From the NCBI RefSeq assembly GCF_009914755.1, contig NC_060927.1: DNA of 64,000 nucleotides. One strand, written 5' to 3'. The notes under the pieces were generated by a model, which was not told where the DNA came from, searched no databases, and worked only from the letters and a program-made list of their open reading frames with translations. This document shows positions 25,801 to 37,945 of the stretch, one piece after another. Both the position numbers and the translations under genes were made by a program. The DNA is from the human T2T-CHM13v2.0 reference genome, Homo sapiens. Positions within the stretch are counted from its first letter, which is position 1, and each line of letters begins with the position of its first letter.

Positions 25801-27632
25801 AGCCTATAAACAGATGAAATTATGAAGTGGTCTACTAGAAATCCTGCATTGGAAGATTTCTGGAGAAAATTATCCAACCATTTCTATCTTCCAGTATACT
25901 GCATATTATTTAGCAAATATACTATCATTAGGTAACATTCATTTTAATTCAAGTGTGTTCTCAGAGAGACCTGATAAAGATTAGGAAACAAAATAGTGCC
26001 ATCGTATTTCCGTTTTGTTCCTCTGTGCCTTCTCTGGGTGCTTTTATTACTGCCCATTTTCCCATGATGACCTAGATATAAGTATTTAAGAAATTTCTGC
26101 TGAGTCTGGAATATAGAAAAAAAGTGAGAAGAGTGTTATATTGGGGAATGCAGTAGCTGGGGATGAACTATTTGACTATGAGGTGGCATTGCAGTATGCT
26201 TCATAGAAGAAGTGATATTTCCAGTGTCCAATTTTTTTAAGAAAAGAAAAATCAATAAAACAAGCAGTTATAGTAGAAGGTCCCAGACCCAATTAGACAC
26301 AAGGACTACAAAGGCAAGGTTTATCTGAAGAATAAAAAATACTCTGAATTTTTTTAATGAAAGTTCAGGGATGGAGCAGACATCGTTGGCCTCAGTCTTC
26401 TCAGATGCAAAATATAGACATTGACCTAACCCAATAAATATTTTTCAACCAGGGCTGATCATCAGCATCACCCATCTGTAAATATACAGATGCCCGCAGT
26501 TAGATGATTTCTAAAATTTTGTATACCTTTACTTTCATGAAAAAAGAGAGAAATGTTTCTTTTCTGAAGTACTTGAATGATTCTTGTCTCTTCTGCATGT
26601 TTTAGCCTGATTACTATATAGTCCTGTTTAGATTGGCACTTTCATCGTCTATCTCTGCTGAGAGAAGAATTGGTTGGATGGTATCGTTTGCATATTTGAA
26701 CTTAAATTCTTCTACACCTGAAGGGTCACAGAATAAGATGACACATTTTTGAATGATTACAACTTTGTTTTTCTATAAAATGGTTCAGTATTTCAGAGTT
26801 GAGCATACTCGTTAAAACAAGGTAAGGTGATAGACCTACAGTTTAGGTCAACATTTATTTCAATTTGGAGTTTCCTTTGGAACATACAGCCAGTGAATTC
26901 CAAATTTGAAAACTTTTTTCTGTTAATAGCCCAGCATATAACAAAGCTAATAAACAAAAAATTTAAAAAGCCTTTCTTGAAAAGATAATTGTTTAAAAAA
27001 GTAACTCCATACCAATCCAAGTTCTAATGACCATATTGGAAAAGCATTATAAAGTTGAACATCTCCTGTTTCTCAAACAGCTCATTAAGTGGTTGGATTA
27101 TACAATCTCTTAAAATTCCTTTAGATTTTATTATTACACAGTTATTTATTTGATGAAGGAATTTAAAAACAGGTCAGGGGTTGTATCTAACTGGCAATAA
27201 AACCAGTGAAAGACCTTTGTTAAATTATCAAATATTACCATTCTTTCCTAGTATATATGTTTGCCTATCTGCATCCACATAAAAAAGTGATTCAATTTTT
27301 TTCTCATAATATCTGAGTAGAAATATTCTGATCATACTTAGAGGTTAGAAGTATTTAATTAGAAGTTATAATATATTTCTGGAACGGATATAGAATATAT
27401 CGTGCTTTTTTTCTTGATTGTTGCATTTAGTTATTCTCTAAGTTTTCTTTGCATAATAAAGAAATTATAAAATATCAAGAATGATTTCTTAAATCATTCT
27501 GTATATATATTGTTACTGCTTGAGACCATATACAGTTCAGACACAGGCATCACTCCCACATAAGAGCCATCTCCTAGGGTGGATAAAGTGGTTATAAATA
27601 TGAAATACCAACTTATAGATGCTCTACCTTTC

Positions 27633-27823
27633 AAATGGTTCTCGTAGCATTGTTCACACAGCAGCAGTACCAGCAGCATTACCTAGGAACTTAATCAAAA
27701 TGTGATTTCTCAGTCTCCACTCCAGACCTTGTGAATCGTAATTCTGGCAGTGGTGTCTGGAAATTTGTATTTTAATATGTCCTCAAGGTCACTGTGATGC
27801 ACACTAAAGTTCAAGAACCGCTG
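27633..27823 (+). mobile_element. MER5A (hAT-Charlie)
   Basis: cagcagcattacctaggaactt...ctccagacct...gatgcacactaaagttcaagaaccgctg. Confidence 0.8.
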
Positions 27824-28039
27824 GTCATTTTCACCTATCTACCTTCTTATGCTTAGCTATAATGTGAGAATATAATGTCTGATTGTCCCCTGAATTAATC
27901 CTTGGATTCCTGTTTTATTTTATTTGAAAGAATTTTGTTGTGTTACAGAGGAGTACACAGAAGGGCAAACAAATTAAAATACAGATTGCAAGCAAACATT
28001 CAAAGTAACTTTGGGATAGCCATACTTTTTTGTTACAGC

Positions 28040-28450
28040 CTCATTCATTCATTGATTTACTTATTTGCAAATAAATGCAAGTTAGGATCATGATAAATAC
28101 TATGAAAAAAACTAAAGCAGAGTAAGGGAATAAAGGATGTGCCTGGGAGGGTGTTATATATGCTACTTTTGTTGCATTATTTAGGAGGCCTTTGATAGAG
28201 AAGATAACATTAAGAAAGACAACTGAAGGAAATGAATGTGTGATCCACAGACATTTGAAGCAAAGTATAGGCCTCTGACAGCAAATACAAATACCCTGGT
28301 GAAGGAGTTTGTCTGCTGTGATTGAAGAATAGCAAAATATCAAATAGGCTAGGAGAAAGTGAAACAGTGGTAGGAAATAAGGCCAGAGCAGGAAGGACAC
28401 ACCCCATCATAGGCTATATTGAGGAGCCTGGATTTTACTTTTTATGTCTT
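28040..28450 (-). mobile_element. L2 fragment
   Basis: tcattcattcatt...gtatagg...cagcaaatacaaataccctgg...ggagcctggattttact. Confidence 0.65.
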
Positions 28451-29382
28451 TGAATCCCATTAGGACTCTGAAGTATTCGTGTAGATGATTTTTTAAATTC
28501 TTCCTAACCCTAAAATATTTAAAGACTTCAATTTATTTTGAGTATGCCAGCAAAATAGGAATGAATAAAAAGGCAGCAAATCATGCGTTGACCTCATGGA
28601 GTGATTTGGACAAAAGAAAAAATTCAACATATTTTGTAAACAAGTCCTTCCTAAGATATAATAGGGAAGAGAATGAGGAGAGTTGGAAAAGTTTATTAAT
28701 TGAGGACCAAACCTTAAACTTGTTCATGTCCCAGAAATGCATGAAATAGATAATCTTAAAGCATATCTAAGATGGATTAAACTACTACAGTGTCTTTCCA
28801 CTCTATACAATATTCCTGTCCTTTAGTTAATTACCTTTTTCAAGTATCAAAATAACCTTACATAAAGGCTGTCTCTTGTTGGAGAAATATAATTAAAAAC
28901 AAAATCCTCCGCCAACCTAGAAATCTTCTCCACAAAGGTAGAAGAGAAAAAAAAAATCTTTTATTTGTTGAATAAGCATTAAACCAGAACGTGATGTGCA
29001 TCACAGGCAATCTGCTAAAGAGACTGCAGAGACAAAAAATAACTTTTAGCTTTTTATAAAGCTGAGCAGATACAACACATTGCATACATTTTCTCAAGAT
29101 AAACAAAAACTAGTCATCAGGTAAGAGGACTTGACAGCACCATTGAACACATAGTTCATTCTAAATTCACCTGGTAATTCGGTTGGCCACCTGTTTTTGC
29201 TAATTGCCTTTATCCAAAGGAAAAATACGTTTCTCATAACTTTATGACAGGAGATAGGTTTGCAGCTTGGGGCCAGGCACCAACTAAACTATAGGCTCCT
29301 AGCTTGTCACAGAAATTAGAAGATAGGGGGCACTATCTTCCTTGATGATTGCATTTCAAAGAGATGGCTCCCAGGTCCTTAA

Positions 29383-29385
29383 GAA

Positions 29386-29425
<40 letters not shown>

Positions 29426-29429
29426 TTTC
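29383..29429. repeat. A(n)-(TA)n-T(n) self-complementary microsatellite
   Basis: gaaaaaaaaaaa(ta)n tttttttttttc seen directly. Confidence 0.9.
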
Positions 29430-29580
29430 CTGAGTTGTAGAACTGGAAAGAGGTTTATTTAGCTTTTAAAAAGATTTGCATGCATTTCAAAGGGAAAGAG
29501 AAGAATTCTAAGGTAAATGTTCTAAGAAAGGGAGGGGGGGGTCTCTTCTTTTTTTGCACAAAGAAGAATTTATTTTTCTT

Positions 29581-31107
29581 TTTTTTTTCTTTTTTTTTTT
29601 TCGGGCTCAAACCGTTTAATTTCAGAGTCCATTTTTTTTTGTTATTATACTCTAAGTTTTAGGGTACAAGTGCACAACGTGCAGATTTGTTACATATGTA
29701 TTCATGTGCCATGTTGGTGTGCTGCACCCATTAACTCGTCATTTAACATTAGGTATATCTCCTAATGCTATCCCTCCCCCCTCCCCCCATCCCACAACAG
29801 GCCCCGGTGTGTGATGTTCCCCTTCCTGTGTCCATGTGTTCTCATTGTTCAATTCCCACCTATGAGCGAGAACATGCGGTATTTGGTTTTTTGTCCTTGC
29901 GATAGTTTACTGAGAATGATGGTTTCCAGCTTCATCCATGTCCCTACAAAGGACATGAACTCATCATTTTTTATGGCAACATAGTATTCCATGGTGTGTA
30001 TGTGCCACATTTTCTAATCCAGTCTATCATTGTTGGACATTTGGGTTGGTTCCAAGTCTTTGCTATTGTGAATAGTGCCACAATAAATATGCATGTGCAT
30101 GTGTCTTTACAGCAGCATGATTTATAATCCTTTGGGTATACACCCAGTAATGGGATTGGTGGGTCAAATGGTATTTCTAGTTCTAGATCCCTGAGGAATC
30201 ACCACACTGACTTCCACAATGGTTGAACTAGTTTACAGTCCCACCAACAGTGTAAAAATGTTCCTATTTGTCCACATCCTCTCCAGCACCTGTTGTTTCC
30301 TGAGTTTTTAATGATAGCCTTTCTAACTGGTGTGAGATGGCATCTCATTGTGGTTTTGATTTGCATTTCTCTGACGGCCAGTGATGATGAGCATTTTTTC
30401 ATGTGCCTTTTGGCTGCATAAATGTCTTCTTTTGAGAAGTGTCTGTTCATATCCTTCGCCCACTTGTTGATGGGGTTGTTTGATTTTTTTCTTGTAAATT
30501 TGTTTGAGTTCATTGTAGATTCTGGATATTAGCCCTTTGTCAGATGCAAAAATTTTGTCCCATTCTGTAGGTTGCCTGTTCACTCTAATGGTAGTTTCTT
30601 TTGCTGTGCAGAAGCTCTTTAGCTTAATTAGATCCCATTTGTCAATTTTGGCTTTTGTTGTCATTGTTTTTGGTGTTTTAGACATGAAGTCCTTGCCTGT
30701 GCCTATGTCCTGAATGGTATTGCCTAGGTTTTCTTCTAGGGTTTTTATGGTTTTAGGTCTAACATGTAAGTCTTTAATCCATCTTGAATTAATTTTTGTA
30801 TAAGGTGTAAGGAAGGGATCCAGTTTCAGCTTTCTACATATGGCTAGCCAGTTTTCCCAGCACCATTTATTAAATAGAGAATCCTTTCCCCATTTCTTGT
30901 TTTTGTCAGGTTTGTCAAAGATCATATAGTTCATATAGTTGTAGATATGCAGCATTATTTCTGAGGGCTCTGTTCTGTTCTATATCTGTTCTATATCATT
31001 GGTCTATATCTCTGTTTTGGTACCAGTACCATGGTGTTTTTGTTACTGTAGCCTTGTAGGATGGTTTGAAGTCAGGTAGCGTGATGCCTCCGGCTTTGTT
31101 CTTTTGG
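29581..31107 (-). mobile_element. L1PA3/4-type LINE-1, 5'-truncated (~1.5 kb), with 3' transduction
   Basis: ORF2 C-terminal peptides in ORFs 30323-30955 and 30199-30513; L1PA 3' UTR; two poly(T) tracts; 15-bp TSD gaatttatttttctt (29566-29580 / 31108-31122). Confidence 0.95.
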
Positions 31108-31354
31108 GAATTTATTTTTCTTATTTTTAATTTTTATGTGCCCTCATAGTCTTAATTGCAGAACAGTGTAGAAAGGCCAAGCACTGCCACATAAATATCT
31201 GGGTGGCATATAATAACACCATATTCCTTCACTTATGATTTAAGAGAAAGCTTGCAATTTTAAATAGACACCTGAGGTAAATAATTCTTCTGCAACCTGG
31301 AATTTGGAGACTCTTACGTACTATACAGCCAATACATGGTGGTGAATTCAACTA

Positions 31355-31650
31355 CTGTAGGGAGGTGAGGATAAAGAAAACTGTTTAAATTCAAGAAATA
31401 TTTAGAAAGTAAAATCTATTGAACTTGGAGATTGGTGGGATATTAAGTATGAGGGAAAGTCACAGATCAAATGATGATATGGAATTTTCTGCCTTAGACT
31501 TCTGCTAAGAGCATTGTGGAACCATTCACAAATACGGTATCAGTAGAGGAGTAGAGGAGAAGCATGGGGAGAAGTGAAGCAGGAAAATAAGCTCAAATAT
31601 GTAACGTGAGGTTCTGTAGGACATACAAATAGAGGTATATGTGTAAAAGT
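31355..31650 (-). mobile_element. L2 fragment
   Basis: aattcaagaaatatttagaaagtaaaatctattgaacttggagattgg... Confidence 0.55.
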
Positions 31651-32445
31651 GATCTCCTGTAAATCCTATATGCTCAAGATGCTCTATTTTAATAGGAAAT
31701 TTTGTTAACCTTATGCCCTTTCTACTGATCCTGGCTCCTCACTCCTCCTGCTACCATCAAGCAGCATTGCTTTCTGAAGTTATAAAATACAATTAAAAAT
31801 GAAACACTTTATTCATCATGAAAATACAATATATTTCTATTAATGGAAAATAATAGGTTTACCCAGGACAAACATCTGCCATAAATTTAGATGTATTTTT
31901 TTTAATACTATAGCTGAGGTAAACATGAACACTAATCTCATTGGTCATTAAGGGGATTGGAGTCTGTGGCCTCTGGTTACCATTTCTGTTTGTATCTATA
32001 AGATAAGAGAGTAAAAGAATTTAGATAGTATTTGGTAAAATTACGTCATGTAACAAAGTGTGACTTCTATTTTGTAAAGAGTAATAACATTTTCCACTGT
32101 TTCCTAGATAATTTTATCCTACATTGAAAACAAAAGAAAGACCTAGGATCATCTGTGTTGTGGCTAAATATGTGGAGATACTCAAAGTACTATATTTGTT
32201 AGAATATAAATATATTTAAGTAATCCTCTAATGTATCCCCTTGTTTTTCAGCTGAGGAAATAAGAGTTCTAGGTGGTGATAAATACTGAGAAAGATATAA
32301 TTGATAAAAAGTACTTGGGGGTTGACAACCTCAGATTTTTATTTTGTAGAGTACAAGTAATCATGGAGTCTGTCAGAGAGAACTGAAATGCTACTTCTGA
32401 TATTCAGTGGCCAGGTGAAAAATATTGTGGATCAGCAATGACTTA

Positions 32446-32750
<305 letters not shown>

Positions 32751-34899
32751 AATGACTTACGTTGTATCATTGTTATGTATTTATAAGTAAGGTCCACTTA
32801 AAGGCAAGGTTGTTTATGAATTCCTTTTTCTCATGTCCTTTCTATTTCTATATAGAATCAATGCCACACACTCACATACCAGACTATAAGTGAATATGAC
32901 TTAATGTGTCTGCAAGGGTATGCACAGGTATGTAGTGTTAACAGTATTTATGGCAATTCAACGTTTGAATCTCAGTTGCCACTGCAAAGTAATCCAACTC
33001 TTGCTATGATAAAACCATATTCCAACCTTATCCTTTCTCATATGCAAAGTTCAGTATCCAAAAATTCTAATATAATAAACATGTATTTATTATTTTTGCC
33101 GCCAAACAGCATTTTTGTACTCAACTTCACAGCTTTATCTCGTTTGCTATTTTAAAAATATAGGATTAGCTGATCAGCAGCTGCCTATTTCTAACGGCAG
33201 CTATGCAGCTCGTAGCTGATAATTATGGTGTCAGAGAGAGTGCTGTATTTGTAGGATGCACAATTCCATTCTTCACTTTGTGATGACCGGAAACAGAATG
33301 TGCTGACTAAGCAACCTGAGCAACCTCATGATGACTGTTCACATACGTAATGAGTTTCTGTAGGTAATCATTTTTGAAAGATTTTGCTAGACTAATTTTA
33401 ACTCTGGTAGATACTTCAGAGCAAAAGACTTCACTTCTGGTAGCCTAAGGCTTATGACTCAACAAAAAGTGTGACCGGTTAGGTTATTTCTTGAATATAT
33501 GCTGTTCTTTAGTTACTTTTTAGGACTTAGGACTCAGAAAGAATCAAACTACTGAATCAACCTTGAAAACCCTCTGAAAGCCTGTTTTTAACAATTTACA
33601 ACAGAAGAAAGGAATAGATGAAAGAATCAGAATATTTCTAGTAGATTTGGGGGGTAGTTTCTCATATTGCATATTGCAAAGGCATTTGTACTTCCAGCAA
33701 TTAAGCAGCTTAAATCCCTACACTTATGGAAATAGAACATGAAAAAAGTTCAAAACATTTAAATGAATATATTTTTCTACATTCTTTCTGAAACAATTAT
33801 ACAATTATTAAATGATTCACGTTATATACAGTAATAATTGCTGATCAAAGGCAGATGCATATTTCACATATATGTTAAAAATTTAGCTAAGAATATTATA
33901 CAACATTTTGCCAAATTTTCTGGATAACACAAATAAGATTTTACAACAATGGCAGCTAATAATTTAGTTGGAATTCATAACTTGAAATGTTTTTGTTTCT
34001 CTCTGAATAGCCATCATCAAATGTAAATTTCATTCTCTTAAAAATATTACATTTCTTGTTTTCTAGACTAGATGACTGACACTTCATTGGCCTTTTCCAA
34101 TAGGCATATTTTTAAAATTTGCATATTTTTATACTTCTCCTCTAAGGTAGGAATACAATAAAGTAATTCAATTTACTTTCATCCATACCCAAATGTTGCT
34201 TAAGGTTCTTCATGCTGCTGGAATCATACCCTTGTAACATATTATTTAAATTCTTGTGGATTGGAAGTTGTAGAAACGTTGACATATAATGCCTGTTTCT
34301 TTTGCATATTAACTGTTCATCTGTGTTAATACAGAACATTTCTTTTTTAATGTAATCTTCACCTTTTTTTGAAACCATGTACTCAATTAAGAACATAAAT
34401 GGCACTAATCTAAATCATAAAGATCACTGTTTCATCTTTACAGCTGTGTCATCATTCCCCAGATTTAGATATTGATCATTTCTAGCAACCCCCAAATGTT
34501 CAAACTTGTTTTTGTATCTTATATTTATAAAAAAACTACCTGAGTACTTGATGGCATACAGCTTGACTTCTGTACCTTGACTTCTGTACAGTAGTGTTCA
34601 CTACTGTACCTTTAACAGATAGCTAGAAAATGGGAAGTACTCAATAAGTTTTTTTGAAGAAAACGAAACTCCTTTGGTACATAATGCTGAAATGAAGGAA
34701 TTGTTTACTGACTGTAATATATTTCTCAAAGATTTCAGACTTCATTCCACTTTATAACAAAATAGTCACCGAATCACCTACTCCTGTTTGTTGTCCAGCA
34801 GACAGGACATTTTTTCAGCTTAGGTGAGAAATCTGAGTGGCTAGTTGGAGGATGAGGTTGAGAAGTTCAGCCCAGGGTGACCTAAGCATGTGGAGTGTG

Positions 34900-35225
34900 T
34901 GGAGAATTTTCCTGGCACTCTCAATCTAGAAGTTTACTAGACTCCTGCTTCTGTCTCAATTCCTGCATCTTTTCAATCTGTCTTCTTCATTCTGGCTCCT
35001 AAGTCTCAATTCTTTCCATTTTTTTCTATCTCACTTGTCTCCACCATGAGCAAAGCCAACTTTAATTCTCACTGGGACAACTATAGCTGCCTCCTAACTC
35101 ATCTCATTGCATCCTCTTTTAAAGCTTCCAATCCATTCTCTGATATATCATAAACAAGCTTTCAAAACCCTAAATCTGATCATGCCATCTGTGTAAAACT
35201 TGTAGTGTTTGCTCTTGTTGATTTT
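34900..35225 (+). mobile_element. L2 fragment
   Basis: actatagctgcctcctaactc...ccaatccattctc...taaatctgatcatgcca. Confidence 0.55.
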
Positions 35226-35530
35226 TAAGATTATATAAATGATAGCACACTATGTATATCTATTTTTATCTGGCTTGTTCCTTACTCAGCATGTTTTAGA
35301 ACCTAACAGTTTTGATTGCTTGTGGTTACATATTAAAATACAGAGTATGAAGTAAAAGGGCTTAAGAAACCAAATGAATGATATTGGTTTTTTCTGGAGA
35401 GGGATGGAGGGAGGGCAGTAGTTCTGCAGGGAGTAAACAAGACTCTAACTTTATCTGTATTGTGTTGTTTTAGAATAAAAGTATATATTAAAATGTTAAC
35501 ATAAATTCTGTTAATTCTGGACTATAGTAA

Positions 35531-35539
35531 TATATATAT

Positions 35540-35586
<47 letters not shown>

Positions 35587-35590
35587 CATA
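35531..35590 (+). repeat. (TA)n(CA)n(TA)n microsatellite
   Basis: Long CA tract seen directly. Confidence 0.92.
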
Positions 35591-35869
35591 TTCCTTCTTT
35601 ATGCATTTCTGTATTTTTTTAATTTCTCAATTTTTCAGATACGCCCTGGGGAGAGCAGGAAAACCTAACTGATTACCTTGCTCTTAAAGACAAGATATGT
35701 TTCATGCTATAAATGCTGTATATGAATTCTTTGACTTTCTTTTGCACCACTCCAGTCATATGACCTCTTTTGTTTCCTCTGGTACACTATACTGTTTCTT
35801 AATTCAAGGCCTTTACATATGTAGTTTCCTTTGCTTAGAAGGTTTCTGGAGGATAGGAATATGTGTCCT

Positions 35870-36470
35870 ATCCTATAGTGCTAACGAGAGGAAAAATCAG
35901 GTGCAGCCACTTTTGAGTACAATTCATTGGCATATATAAAAATTTAAAATTTGCATATTTTCTGACCCCAAATCCATTTTTCCATAGCAGCCTTATGGAA
36001 ACCTTCGCACATATGCAAGTTGATGTACATGCAACAAAATTCATGGAGGTTTTTATTACAATAGCAAAATTTAGATTCGTCTAAGTATATTAGAATACTA
36101 TTAGAATTATGGAATACTATGCAACATCCACAAAGAATAATAAAAGAATAACATCTGCAAACTTAAATAAAGAGGTCTTTAAGCCTTCCTTACAGAGTGA
36201 AAAAGAAATGTCACAGGGTAATATGTATGAAAATATTTAAGTAAAAGAAAGTATAATAATAACATTATACAATTATTTTAAATTTTTCTATGCATTAAAA
36301 TAATATGAAATTTAGGAGACACTATATTGGTGAGAGTGCCTCTTGGTAGTACAGGGAAACAAAATGTGGGGCATGGCCAAAATGGTCTTTAGCTTAACTT
36401 CAATGTTCTTGTTTTTATAATAAGAACAGCTTTATGTATTTTACTTAGATAATTAAAAATTAATAAAATT
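35870..36470 (+). mobile_element. Ancient L1ME-like 3' fragment
   Basis: ggtgcagccacttttgag...tgaccccaaatcca...atggaatactatgcaacatccacaaagaat. Confidence 0.6.
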
Positions 36471-37724
36471 CCCTGCCATCCTCCAAAGAGAAACAGTGAT
36501 TATTATTCTGTGGATCCTTTCATCTTTAATATTCTGATTTTATATTCTTTGGCCGTTAAATTATGCATTGAGAACTACCATTCTAAATTCTACCATTTTA
36601 TAGTAATTAACCTGCATATTTTATAAAAATTATAAAGTTCTTCTTTAAGTTATATACGCATATGTGTATACATACATATACATATATACATGATTGTTAA
36701 CCTATATATGTGTGTTAATTTGGAAACTTGAAAGCAATGAAGATTTAAAGATTCTCTATGGCATTATTTTGAAATATACCCTAATTGTAAGTATTCAGTA
36801 CACAACTTTGGGATTCCAATCTTATTATTAAAGGGAATATTTCATCTTTTTGTTGGCATTTTCTTTCATATTATTAACTAAATTATATAACTCTAGTTTG
36901 TCTTCCAGCTAAAATCAGTAGGATGGGCTGATGTTATCTTCATATTTACATCTTACTTACATCTCTGTTATCCAGAGGCAGATTCACTGAATAAGTCTAA
37001 CTTTGTGTCTCTACACGTTATTATTTCTTCTCTCAGTTTTTCCTGCCTCAATAAATTGCTAAATATCTGAGAGTAGCACAGAAGTCTATCTATAAATGTT
37101 TATTCTCACACTATATCTAAAAAGTCTGGACATTGTTTATTGATAACTATAATGCAGATTTAGACTATTGAGTCTTTATATAATGCTATGTCATTAGTTT
37201 GACATTAGTTAATGTTTTATAATTTCCTGTTGCTTATGGATAACCACTTAATTTTAATATCAGCCTTAGATCAGTATATAGGTGATATAGGTATAATGCT
37301 GAATCTTTTAAATCTAGCATCTCATTGATATTTTTATTGAAACTTGAGATAATTTTGAAATCTTTGAAAAGTTCAAATAAGTCCTGAATGCCTTCAGAAA
37401 ATAGTTGATGTCTTTTGTACTGAAAAATGGATTCAACTTTAACAGCACACTTTCTAAAAATAGCCATCTTGCTTTCATATGATTAATATTTTCTTCGAAG
37501 CAACCTTGCAAATGTGTCACTTCTTTTGTTTCATTTCACGGCAAACATACTGTGAGAAAGTGAGCAAAGCCTGTCCTATGATCTGTTTGATTTGTGTATC
37601 TCTGTACACTTCACGAGTTGGGCATACTGCAGAAATGTCAATTTTCTTTCCTCATGGGAACCTCAAAAGAATTAAAAAAGCAGTAGCAGGACAATATGCA
37701 GTATCAGAAGGAGCAATAGAGATT

Positions 37725-37752
37725 TTTTGTTTGTTTGTTTGTTTGTTTGTTT
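37725..37752 (+). repeat. (GTTT)n microsatellite
   Basis: Seen directly. Confidence 0.9.
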
Positions 37753-37834
37753 AGTTCTATTGGACAGTTTATGGATAGTATTTGTCACTGGCGTAATGTG
37801 ACTCATTTATATTGTACCTATTCTTCTGTGGAGC

Positions 37835-37945
37835 TAAAGGCACTTTATAAGCATTCTCATTCATCCTCAAGCTTTGCTATGAGCTAAGTATTAGGCAGCT
37901 TTTATTCTCACTTTATGGCCTGGGAAACTCCAGTTTAAGGAATGT
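37835..37945 (-). mobile_element. MIR fragment
   Basis: ctcattcatcctcaag...ctatgag...ttattctcactttatgg...ggaaact. Confidence 0.55.

Larger units (their letters stand above)
28877..31148 (-). mobile_element. ERV1 solo LTR (MER67-like), split by an L1 insertion; LTR parts 28877-29580 and 31108-31148
   Basis: tgttggagaaatataattaaaaacaaaatc...aagaggacttgacagcacc...gagatggctcccaggtcctt; the terminal segment cttatttttaatttttatgtgccctcata resumes after the L1. Subfamily is recalled. Confidence 0.7.

Noticed and set aside
30199-30955. ORFs of 210 and 104 aa
   Set aside because: Frameshifted C-terminal L1 ORF2 fragments.
34562-34589. 14-bp tandem duplication cttgacttctgtac (similar small ones at ~12965 and ~58155)
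   Set aside because: Ordinary slippage duplications with nothing suggesting function.
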